This document shows positions 1-8,432 of a DNA stretch of 32,000 nucleotides, piece after piece; the stretch's first letter is position 1, and every line of letters starts with the position of its first letter. Under the pieces are notes generated by a model that worked only from the letters and a program-made list of their open reading frames with translations, ran no database searches and was not told the origin of the DNA. The stretch covers positions 163,651 through 195,650 of the forward strand of contig NZ_CP041730.1 of the NCBI RefSeq assembly GCF_007431345.1. The letters are read 5' to 3'. Both the position numbers and the translations under genes were made by a program. The stretch is from Chitinimonas arctica (lineage in GTDB: Bacteria > Pseudomonadota > Gammaproteobacteria > Burkholderiales > Chitinimonadaceae).

Positions 1-1
1 A

Positions 2-181
2 CCCATCCTGGTGGTCACCGAATCGGCCGGTGCGCTCAACCTGGGCAGCGTGATCAATTTCGTGCAGGTGGATAACCGGATCCGCTTCGAAATATCGCGC
101 GGTATGGCGGAAAAGAACAGCCTGAAGCTGAGCGCGAGATTGCTGGCGGTGGCGCAGCAGATCCGGAACGAGGCGCCATAA
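2..181 (+). CDS. C-terminal fragment of a YfiR/DUF4154-like periplasmic protein (5' end outside window)
   Basis: Frame 2 reads PILVVTESAGALNLGSVINFVQVDNRIRFEISRGMAEKNSLKLSARLLAVAQQIRNEAP*, resembling the conserved C-terminus of YfiR/DUF4154 proteins (IxFxxxxxRVRFEIN...AxxxxLxISSxLLxLA). The stop overlaps the kinase start (TAATG). Confidence 0.7.
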   Translation, partial: PILVVTESAGALNLGSVINFVQVDNRIRFEISRGMAEKNSLKLSARLLAVAQQIRNEAP

Positions 182-2079
182 TGATGGATTTCGGGCGGAG
201 CTCCATCCGTTTCAAATTCCTCCTGACCGTGCTGGCCACCAATCTGGGTACGCTGATCGTGGCCGGCTCGGCGCTGGTCTATAACGATGCCCGCGAATAC
301 CGGCAGGGGCTGGTCAACGAGCTGACCACCCAGGCCGATATTCTCGGCCAGGCCAGTGCCTCGGCCCTGGAGTTCAACGACCCGAAGTTCGCCAACGAAA
401 ACCTTGCACTGCTACGCGCCAAGCCGGAAATCGTCGCCGCCGGCATCTATGCCGCCAAGGGCTCGCTATTCGCCAGCTATGCGCGTACCGGTGCCGGCGG
501 ATTCCCCGCCCTGCCGGAGCAGGATGGCATACGCATACACGACAAGGAGCTGCTACTGTTCAAGCGCATCGTGACCCAGCGCGAGATCATCGGCACCGTC
601 TACCTGCGCGCCCGCTATGACGTCCTGCAACGGATCATCGACTACTTCGGCATTCTCGGCGCGGTCACCCTGGTCAGCCTGATGGCGGGCATGCTGATCT
701 CGACCCGGCTGCAGACCTATATCAGCGCGCCCATCCTGTCGATCAGCAATGTTGCCAAGCAGGTGATGGAAAAGCGCGATTTCACCCTGAGGGCGAGCAA
801 GACGACGGATGACGAAATCGGCTACCTGGTCGATGCCTTCAACGATATGTTGGCCGAGATCGGCCGGCGGGCCGAAGCGATCGAGGTATCGCGGCAAGCG
901 CTGGAGCACGAAATCAACGAGCGTCGCGACGTGCAGAAAGCCTTGCATACCAGTGAACGGCGCAATCGCTCGCTGGTCGAGGCCGCTTCTTCGGTGATTT
1001 GGGTCAGCGACATCATGGGTAATTTCGTCGAGCCGCAACCCACCTGGGCCACCTATACCGGCCAGCAGGCGGGCGAGTATCACGAGCTGGGCTGGCGCTC
1101 CGCCTTCCACGCGGCCGACCAGGGCATGGTGGATCGCGCCTGGGCACTGGCAATCAATACACCGGCGCCGTTCGAGCTGGACGCACGGCTCTGGCATGCA
1201 CAATCCGAACGCTATCGGCAGGTATGCCTGCGCGCGGTCCCGCTGTTCGGTTCGGATGATGAAGTGATCGAATGGATAGGTACCGTCACCGATGTCGATG
1301 ACCGCCGTGCCGCCGAACAGGAGGTCAGGCAGCTGAATGCCCAGTTGGAGCAGCGCGTGGGTGACCGGACCAGGCAACTGGAGGAGGTCAATAAGGACCT
1401 GGAAAGTTTCAGCTACTCGGTTTCGCACGATCTGCGCGCGCCGGTGCGTGCGATAGGCGGTTTTTCCGCCATGCTGTGGCAGCACCATGCCGAAAACCTG
1501 AGCGATGAGGGACGGCGCCTGCTGGGCATCGTCCGCTCCGAAGCCAGCCGGATGGGCACGCTGATAGACGATCTGTTGGCCTTTTCGCGATTGGGCCGGC
1601 AGGCCATGCAGCTCGCGCCGCTGAATATGAAAGCCCTGGCCGGCGCGACTTTCGAGCGCTTGTGCGCGCAGCAGCAAGAGTCCCAGCCGAAGTTCCAGCT
1701 GGGTTCGCTGCCCGAATGCCGGGGCGATCGGGCCTTGATCACCCAGGTATGGGTCAACCTGTTGTCCAACGCGATCAAGTTCAGCTCCAAGCGGCCGCAA
1801 GCGTTGATCGAAGTGGGCGCGATCAGCGACGACGAGAAGCACACTTTTTTCGTCCGGGACAACGGAACCGGTTTCGACCCGGTCTACAAGGCCAAGCTAT
1901 TCGGCGTATTCCAGCGCCTGCACGACGCCGGCGACTTCCCCGGCACCGGTGTCGGGCTGGCGCTGGTGCAACGAATCATCAACCGACATGGCGGCGTGGT
2001 CTGGGCGGATAGTCAGCCCGACGAAGGCGCGACCTTCTATTTCACGCTGCCCAAGGAGGCATCCGATGGAAGAGTTTGA
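181..2079 (+). CDS. Membrane sensor histidine kinase (periplasmic sensor, HAMP, PAS, HisKA, HATPase_c)
   Basis: N-terminal TM helix, second TM followed by a HAMP-like segment (RLQTYISAPILSISNVAKQVMEKRDFTLRASKTTDDEIGYLVDAFNDMLAEI), H-box SYSVSHDLRAPVRAIGGF, N-box VWVNLLSNAIKFSS, G-boxes DNGTGFDP and GTGVGLALVQRIINRHGG. Confidence 0.93.
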   Translation: MMDFGRSSIRFKFLLTVLATNLGTLIVAGSALVYNDAREYRQGLVNELTTQADILGQASASALEFNDPKFANENLALLRAKPEIVAAGIYAAKGSLFASYARTGAGGFPALPEQDGIRIHDKELLLFKRIVTQREIIGTVYLRARYDVLQRIIDYFGILGAVTLVSLMAGMLISTRLQTYISAPILSISNVAKQVMEKRDFTLRASKTTDDEIGYLVDAFNDMLAEIGRRAEAIEVSRQALEHEINERRDVQKALHTSERRNRSLVEAASSVIWVSDIMGNFVEPQPTWATYTGQQAGEYHELGWRSAFHAADQGMVDRAWALAINTPAPFELDARLWHAQSERYRQVCLRAVPLFGSDDEVIEWIGTVTDVDDRRAAEQEVRQLNAQLEQRVGDRTRQLEEVNKDLESFSYSVSHDLRAPVRAIGGFSAMLWQHHAENLSDEGRRLLGIVRSEASRMGTLIDDLLAFSRLGRQAMQLAPLNMKALAGATFERLCAQQQESQPKFQLGSLPECRGDRALITQVWVNLLSNAIKFSSKRPQALIEVGAISDDEKHTFFVRDNGTGFDPVYKAKLFGVFQRLHDAGDFPGTGVGLALVQRIINRHGGVVWADSQPDEGATFYFTLPKEASDGRV

Positions 2080-2512
2080 ACAGATCCATATTCTGTTGGT
2101 GGAAGACAACCCACTGGATGCCGAATTGACGATGTATGGCCTGCGCGGCGGCAATATCTCGAACATGATTACCTGGGTGAAGGACGGCAAGGAGGCGCTG
2201 GACTACATTTTTCGTCGCGGCACCTATAGCGACCGCGAGTTGGCGCCCCCCGGGCTGATCCTGCTGGATCTGAAGATGCCCCATGTGGACGGTACAGAAG
2301 TACTGGCGGCGGTGAAGTCGGACGAAACCACCCGGCGCATCCCGGTCGTGGTGATGACTTCCTCGCGCGAGGAGTGCGACATGGTCAAGAGCTATGACCT
2401 CGGCGCCAACAGCTACGTGGTCAAGCCGGTGGATTTCGATGGCATCAGCGATATCGCGAAACAGGCCGGTTTTTATTGGCTAGTCGTCAACCGTACACCG
2501 CACAGCACCTGA
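2066..2512 (+). CDS. Single-domain response regulator (Rcp1/CheY-like)
   Basis: ATG at 2066 is preferred over the ORF start at 1949. MEEFEQIHILLVEDNPLDAEL...LILLDLKMPHVDG...VVVMTSSREE...SYVVKPVDF carries the acidic pair, phospho-Asp, Thr/Ser and Lys of receiver domains. It overlaps the kinase 3' end. Confidence 0.93.
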   Translation: MEEFEQIHILLVEDNPLDAELTMYGLRGGNISNMITWVKDGKEALDYIFRRGTYSDRELAPPGLILLDLKMPHVDGTEVLAAVKSDETTRRIPVVVMTSSREECDMVKSYDLGANSYVVKPVDFDGISDIAKQAGFYWLVVNRTPHST

Positions 2513-2521
2513 TCGAGCGAA

Positions 2522-5014
2522 ATGGAACAATTTCCCATCAAGATCCTTCTGCTAGAGGACGTCCAGCTGGACGTCGAGATGGCCTGTGACGCGCTGACGG
2601 TGGCTGGCTTGGTCTTCGAAACCCGCCACGTCATGCTGGAAGGGGATTTCCGTGCCGCCCTGCTGGAAAAATGGCCGGATATCATCATCGCCGACTATTC
2701 GCTGCCCCATTTCGACGGCTATACCGCCCTGCTGCTGCGGCGGGAATTGGCGCCGGATGTGCCCTTCGTCTATTTCACTGGCTCGCTGGGAGAAGAGCGC
2801 GCCGTCGAGACCTTGCGCGCGGGCGCGACCGACTATGTGCTCAAGCATAGCCTGCAGCGCCTGCCCATGGCCGTCCTGCGCGCCCTGGCCGAAGCCGACG
2901 CCATGCGCGACCAGGCCCGCGCGCGGCGCGAGCTGGACAACGAACGACAGCTGCTGGGCGCGGTTCTGGCCACCGCCGGCGCCCTGATCGTCGTACTGGA
3001 TCGCAATGGCCGCATCATGCAGATCAATCCCTCGGCGGAGCGCAGCATAGGCCAGAGCAAGGTGGATGCGATAGGCAAGGAATTCCGCCAGCTGTTCGCC
3101 TCGGTGGGCGAGAGCGAATGGGTCGGCAGCCAGCTGGACCGGCTGGAAGAACATGAGCGCAGCGATAGCAACTATGTCTCCTGGCGCAGCACCGTCGGCC
3201 ATCTATCGGTACAGTGGTCGGCCGGCCGCTTGCCGGGCAGCCAGGCGGAGTACGCGGTACTGGCCGGCATCGATGTGACCGAACAGGAAATCGCCGAACA
3301 GCAGGCCTACTTCCTCCGCCACTACGACAGCCTCACCGGCCTGCCCAACCGGGCCTTGCTGGAACGCCGGCTGGATCAATTCCAGCCTACCGAAGGTGGC
3401 AATCTGCTGGCCCTGATCCTGATCGGCGTCGAGCGCCTGGCCGACGTGCGCGATAGCCTGGGCGTGGCCACCGGCGACCTGCTGCTGCGCGAGATATCGC
3501 GCCGGCTGGGCAGCTGGCAGCAGGCCGGCGATTGGCTAGCGCGGGTGGGCGACAATAACTTCGCCTTGATGCTGGAAGTCAGCGACGAAGTGGAACTGAT
3601 CAATCAATTGCGCCACCTGCTGGAGCAGCTACGCAAACCCCATCGCCTGGATGACCGCGAGTTCTTCCTGCCGGCTTATCTGGGCGTGGTGGTGCACAAC
3701 AACGAGGAACACGATCCGGCCGGGTCCTTGCAAGCCGCCGAGGCAGCCCTGCATCGCGCCATCCTCGACCAGGGCGAGGGGTATCAGCTCTACCAATCCA
3801 CCTTGTCGAACGAAGCGGCCGAGAGGCTGATACTGGAAGGCGAATTGCGCCTGGCCTTGCAGGGCGAAGGCCAGCTGGTCCTGCACTACCAGCCGCAGGC
3901 GGACCTCGGCAGCGGCAAGGTGGTTGGCCTGGAAGCCCTGGTACGCTGGAACCATCCGCGCCTGGGCCTGGTCCCGCCGGCCCAGTTCATTCCCCTGGCC
4001 GAATCGTGCGGCTTGATCATCAAGTTGGGCGAGCAGGTTTTGCGCATGGCCTGCCACCAGGCGGCTGCCTGGCAACGGGCCGGCCTGCCGCCCGTCACGG
4101 TGGCCGTCAACCTCGCCGCAGCCCAATGGTCGCAAAGCAATCTGCTGGCCATCGTCAAATCCGCCCTGGCGGAAAGCGGACTCGATCCGCAATGGCTGGA
4201 GTTGGAACTGACCGAATCCACCTCCATGCACGACCCCAGCGCGACCATCAAGGTGATGGCGAATCTGCGCGCCATGGGCGTGCATATGTCGATCGACGAT
4301 TTCGGCACCGGCTACTGCAATCTGAACTACCTGAAGCGCTTCCCGGTGGACAAGCTGAAGATCGACCGCAGCTTTGTCATGGAGATCACCACCGACCCGG
4401 ATGATCTGGCCATTTCCCGCACCGTGGTCGCCATCGCTCACCAGCTTCGGCTGGAAGTGGTGGCCGAAGGCGTGGAAACCGAAGGACAACTGGCCTTGCT
4501 GGCCGACGCGGGGTGCGATCTGATTCAAGGTTACTTCTTCAGCCGGCCGCTTGCCGTGGAGGCTTGCACCGCCTTGCTGAGCGCCGGCACCACCCTGTCC
4601 GCCGGGCGGCGCCAGCGCTACAACCGCACCCTGCTGATGGTGGACGACGAGAGCAATATCCTGGCCTCGCTCCGTCGCCTGCTGCGCGGTAGCGGCTACC
4701 AGCTGTTGACCACCAACAGCCCGTTGGAAGCCTTTGAATTGCTGGCAACCCACGAGGTTGGCGTGATCGTGGCGGACCAGCGCATGCCGGAACTGAATGG
4801 CACCGAGTTGTTGAACCGGGTCAAGGATATGTATCCGGGCACGGTGCGCATGATCCTGTCGGGCTACACCGACCTGCAAACCGTGACCGACGCCGTCAAT
4901 CGCGGCGCGATCTACAAGTTCCTGACCAAGCCCTGGGAGGACGATGCCCTGCTGGCTGTGCTGGAGGAAGCGTTCAGCAAGTACGAGCTGGATCGGAATG
5001 TCGCGGTCAGATAG
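2522..5014 (+). CDS. REC-PAS-GGDEF(degenerate)-EAL-REC protein, probable c-di-GMP phosphodiesterase
   Basis: N-terminal receiver (ILLLEDVQLDVE...IIADYSLPHFDG...TDYVLKHS); PAS; GGDEF-type domain with DSLTGLPNRALLERRLDQF but RVGDNNF in place of GGDEF; EAL domain (GLEALVRWNHP, ELTESTSM, SIDDFGTGYCNLNYLKRFPVDKLKIDRSF, VVAEGVETE); C-terminal receiver (TLLMVDDESNILASLRRLL...VGVIVADQRMPELNG...MILSGYTD...KFLTKPWED). Confidence 0.93.
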   Translation: MEQFPIKILLLEDVQLDVEMACDALTVAGLVFETRHVMLEGDFRAALLEKWPDIIIADYSLPHFDGYTALLLRRELAPDVPFVYFTGSLGEERAVETLRAGATDYVLKHSLQRLPMAVLRALAEADAMRDQARARRELDNERQLLGAVLATAGALIVVLDRNGRIMQINPSAERSIGQSKVDAIGKEFRQLFASVGESEWVGSQLDRLEEHERSDSNYVSWRSTVGHLSVQWSAGRLPGSQAEYAVLAGIDVTEQEIAEQQAYFLRHYDSLTGLPNRALLERRLDQFQPTEGGNLLALILIGVERLADVRDSLGVATGDLLLREISRRLGSWQQAGDWLARVGDNNFALMLEVSDEVELINQLRHLLEQLRKPHRLDDREFFLPAYLGVVVHNNEEHDPAGSLQAAEAALHRAILDQGEGYQLYQSTLSNEAAERLILEGELRLALQGEGQLVLHYQPQADLGSGKVVGLEALVRWNHPRLGLVPPAQFIPLAESCGLIIKLGEQVLRMACHQAAAWQRAGLPPVTVAVNLAAAQWSQSNLLAIVKSALAESGLDPQWLELELTESTSMHDPSATIKVMANLRAMGVHMSIDDFGTGYCNLNYLKRFPVDKLKIDRSFVMEITTDPDDLAISRTVVAIAHQLRLEVVAEGVETEGQLALLADAGCDLIQGYFFSRPLAVEACTALLSAGTTLSAGRRQRYNRTLLMVDDESNILASLRRLLRGSGYQLLTTNSPLEAFELLATHEVGVIVADQRMPELNGTELLNRVKDMYPGTVRMILSGYTDLQTVTDAVNRGAIYKFLTKPWEDDALLAVLEEAFSKYELDRNVAVR

Positions 5015-5825
5015 CCGCAGGGTGTGACGGGTTCAGCAAGCGCCCTATCATCGCCTTCACGGCTTCCGCGGCCTTGGCGGGCTGCTCGAACGGAAAGTGA
5101 TGTCCGCCCGCGAACTGCTCCAGCACGATGCCGAAATGCTGCCGCATATGCTTGAGGTCCGACGACCGCACATAATTCGAATCGCTGCCGCCGATAAAGC
5201 CGGTCGGTACCCGTAGCCGGCCGCGCTGGGCCGGAAAGGTATGGGGGATGGCGCAGTAGATGTCGTATTCCACTTGCGGACGGAATTTCAGGCTGACGCC
5301 CGCGCCGCTCGGTTCCGTACCGGCCTCCACGTAGTCGCGCAGGCAGCTGGGATCGAAGCCGCGGAACATGCCCCGCTCATGGAAGTGCCGGTAGGCCTCT
5401 TCCACATCGGCCCAGTCCCGGCGGCGGTTCAATGTGCCCCGTCCTGGCGTCAGGCGTTCGATGTAGCCCAGCCGCTTGCCCAGCCACAGCATGCTCGATA
5501 CCGGCCGGCCGAAGATGGGTGAATCGAGCAGCACCACCGCGCGGAACAGCTCGGGCCGTTCCAGTGCGCACATAAAGGACAGGAATCCGCCCAGCGAGTG
5601 CCCCACCGCGATGACCGGCTCGGTGTAGCGCTGCTCGATATACGCCAGCGACTCCGCCACCAGATTGGGCCAACCGTCGCTTACCGGATAGCGCGGGTCG
5701 TGTCCCAGCATATTTACGTAGCCGACATCGTAGTCGGCTTGAAAATGGCCAAGAAATTGCCGGTAGCTTTCAGCGGTGAAGCTGTTGGCATGGGAGAAAT
5801 GCAGGGCGGCTTTTTGTGTAGGCAT
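5007..5825 (-). CDS. Alpha/beta hydrolase
   Basis: Nucleophile elbow GHSLGG, downstream GGSDSNYVRSSD and GGHHFPFEQP consistent with the Asp/His of an alpha/beta-hydrolase triad. ATG at 5825 chosen over the ORF start at 5834. The 3' end overlaps the convergent EAL gene by 8 bp. Confidence 0.88.
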   Translation of the reverse strand: MPTQKAALHFSHANSFTAESYRQFLGHFQADYDVGYVNMLGHDPRYPVSDGWPNLVAESLAYIEQRYTEPVIAVGHSLGGFLSFMCALERPELFRAVVLLDSPIFGRPVSSMLWLGKRLGYIERLTPGRGTLNRRRDWADVEEAYRHFHERGMFRGFDPSCLRDYVEAGTEPSGAGVSLKFRPQVEYDIYCAIPHTFPAQRGRLRVPTGFIGGSDSNYVRSSDLKHMRQHFGIVLEQFAGGHHFPFEQPAKAAEAVKAMIGRLLNPSHPAAI

Positions 5826-5967
5826 GACTACCAAGCGATTGCTCGAATTTATGCTGCATCATAGTCCTTTTATATGCGGGAATCCAAGGGCGCCAAGTCT
5901 TTATCGTCCACCCGTCTGCTATACATAGTGCTGGGTAAGCTCTGAAAACGTCACCGAACCCACCGCC

Positions 5968-8376
5968 TTGACGACGCTACTTCGACGTATACCGATCAGC
6001 CTTTACTACATCGTGGTCGCGACGGCCTGGATCGGCTTGTCCGATCGTCTGCTGCTGACTTGGATCAGCTCCCCCGACTGGCTTGCCCACTGGCAGACCG
6101 TAAAAGGCGTGATCTTCGTGCTGGCCACGGGCGCCGCCTTGCATATGGTGTTGCGGCATAGCCAGCGCAGGCAGACCTTGGCGCGCCGTCGCATCCAGAA
6201 TCTGAACGGCTTCTACAACGCCATCTCCAAGGTGGCGGATGCGGCCATGCGGGCAGACCAAAGCGGGCCGCTGTACAAGGCGGTTTGCGAGGCGGTCGTC
6301 GATAATCCCGGCATCCTCGTCAGCGCGGTCGCGCTGATCGAACCGGACGGAATGAGTATTCGCAGCCACTATGCGCTGGGTCCCGCCGCCGATCTTTACG
6401 ACCAGCCCTTGTCCCTGGATCCGACCCACGAGAATGCCGCTTCGGTGTCCTTGCGCGCGATCCAGACACGCAAGCCCTGCATCTGCAACGATATCCGGCA
6501 CGAGCCCGGTTTCGAGATCTGGCATGCGCAATACCTTTCGCGCCATATCAATGCCTTCGCCGCCTTCCCCGTCTTCGAGGAAGGCCAGCTGGTGGGGACC
6601 TTGACGGTCGCGAGCCGCCACCGCGACTATTTCAATATCGAGCTGGTGGAGCTATTGGAACGCCTGGCCGATGTCGTGTCCTTCGGCCAGGGCCATCTGC
6701 GCCGGCTCAAACGGCTGCGCTTGATGGATAGGCTGATCGAACGGGCCAACGATGGGGTGATCGTTACCGATCGCGAAGGCGTGATCCTGGCGGTCAATGC
6801 ACGTTTCTGCCAGGTCAGCGGCTATGAATCGCACGAACTGCTGGGGCAAACCACCCGCTTGCTGCATTCGGCGCGGCAAGGTCCCAATTTTTTCCGCGAT
6901 ATGTGGCAGCGTCTGCTCCAGCAAGGCCATTGGCGCGGGCAGATCTGGAACCGGCGCAAGGGTGGCGATATCCATCCCGAATGGCTGACCATCTCCGCCG
7001 TACTGGATGAACAGGGCCAAACCGAACATTACCTGGCGGTCTATAGCGATCTCAGCGAGCGGATGGAGGCCGAGTTGCGCATACGCGAACTCAGCTCGCT
7101 CGATACCTTGACCGGCGTACTGAACGCGGAAGTCTTTCGCGCCAGGCTGGCCGAACACCTGCAAAAAACCCGCAAGAACCGGCGGCGCGCCCTGGTGGCG
7201 GTATTGAACCTGAACCGCTTGCGCGTCATCAACCAGGCCTACGGGCGGGAAAAGGGCGACCGCATTCTCAGCGAAATCGGCGAACGCCTGCGCGCACTCA
7301 ATCTACCGGATGCCTTGATCGGGCGTTTGGGTGGCGATGAGTTCGGTATCGCCGTGGGCGGCCTGAATACGCTGGAGGACGTGATGCGCCACGCCCGGCG
7401 CATCGGCAGCAGCTTCAACGCCCTGTTTGCCCTGGATGCCGATACCCTGCTGATACGCCCCAGCATCGGCGCCGTCTGCTTTCCCGAACATGGCGACGAC
7501 ACGGTCACCGTATTGGCGAACGCCACCGCCGCCGTGCAGCGCTGCAAGCGCGAGGGCCTGGATACGGTGCGGCTTTACACGCCGGATCTGTCGCATGAAG
7601 TCAGCGCCCCTTTCGAACTGGAGCAGGATCTGCGCCGCGCCATCGATAATGGCGAACTATGGCTGGCCTTCCAGCCCCAGCTACGCATCAGCGACGGCAC
7701 GCCGATCGGCATGGAAACCCTGCTGCGCTGGGATCATCCCACCCTGGGCGCCATATCGCCGGCCAAGTTCATCCCCGTCGCCGAAGAGTCCGGCCTGATC
7801 CTGCCCATCGGTGAGTGGATACTGTTCGAGGCCTGTCGCCATGCCGCCAAGTGGAACCGCGGCCGGGAACAGGCGCTGCGGGTGGCGGTCAATGTCTCCG
7901 CCGTGCAATTCCAGCGCCAGAATTGGCCACGGCTGGTGGAAAAGGCCTTGCTCGCCAGCGAGCTGGCGCCGGGCTGCCTGGAGCTGGAAGTGACCGAAAG
8001 CGTGGTGATGCAGCATATCGACGCGGTGGCCATGCGCTTGCGCGCGCTCAAGGCCCTGGGGGTGCAGCTGGCCATCGATGACTTCGGTACCGGCTACTCC
8101 TCCCTGGCCTACCTGAAGCGGCTGCCCATCGACCGGCTGAAGATCGACCAGAGCTTCGTGCGTGGCCTGCCGGGCGATGCCGGCGACGCGGCGATCGCCC
8201 GTGCCATCTGCGGCCTGGCCGTCAGCCTGGATTTCGAGACCATCGCGGAAGGGGTGGAAACCGCCGAACAGGCCGCCGCCCTCCTGGCCATGGGCTGTCC
8301 GGAAGCACAGGGCTGGCACTACGCCCGCGCCATGCCGGCGGCCGAATTCGAGCAGTGGTTGCACAAACACGGTTGA
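5968..8376 (+). CDS. Membrane-anchored GAF-PAS-GGDEF-EAL protein
   Basis: Two N-terminal TM segments, GAF-like region, PAS (LIERANDGVIVTDREGVILAVNARFCQVSGY), intact LGGDEFG, EAL domain (GMETLLRWDHP, ELEVTESVVM, AIDDFGTGYSSLAYLKRLPIDRLKIDQSFV, TIAEGVETAEQA). The start codon is TTG as called. Confidence 0.92.
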   Translation: MTTLLRRIPISLYYIVVATAWIGLSDRLLLTWISSPDWLAHWQTVKGVIFVLATGAALHMVLRHSQRRQTLARRRIQNLNGFYNAISKVADAAMRADQSGPLYKAVCEAVVDNPGILVSAVALIEPDGMSIRSHYALGPAADLYDQPLSLDPTHENAASVSLRAIQTRKPCICNDIRHEPGFEIWHAQYLSRHINAFAAFPVFEEGQLVGTLTVASRHRDYFNIELVELLERLADVVSFGQGHLRRLKRLRLMDRLIERANDGVIVTDREGVILAVNARFCQVSGYESHELLGQTTRLLHSARQGPNFFRDMWQRLLQQGHWRGQIWNRRKGGDIHPEWLTISAVLDEQGQTEHYLAVYSDLSERMEAELRIRELSSLDTLTGVLNAEVFRARLAEHLQKTRKNRRRALVAVLNLNRLRVINQAYGREKGDRILSEIGERLRALNLPDALIGRLGGDEFGIAVGGLNTLEDVMRHARRIGSSFNALFALDADTLLIRPSIGAVCFPEHGDDTVTVLANATAAVQRCKREGLDTVRLYTPDLSHEVSAPFELEQDLRRAIDNGELWLAFQPQLRISDGTPIGMETLLRWDHPTLGAISPAKFIPVAEESGLILPIGEWILFEACRHAAKWNRGREQALRVAVNVSAVQFQRQNWPRLVEKALLASELAPGCLELEVTESVVMQHIDAVAMRLRALKALGVQLAIDDFGTGYSSLAYLKRLPIDRLKIDQSFVRGLPGDAGDAAIARAICGLAVSLDFETIAEGVETAEQAAALLAMGCPEAQGWHYARAMPAAEFEQWLHKHG

Positions 8377-8432
8377 GTGATCCACCGGGCGTATAATCGG
8401 CGGCCTCGCAAGCTCCTGCCAGCCAAAAGATC

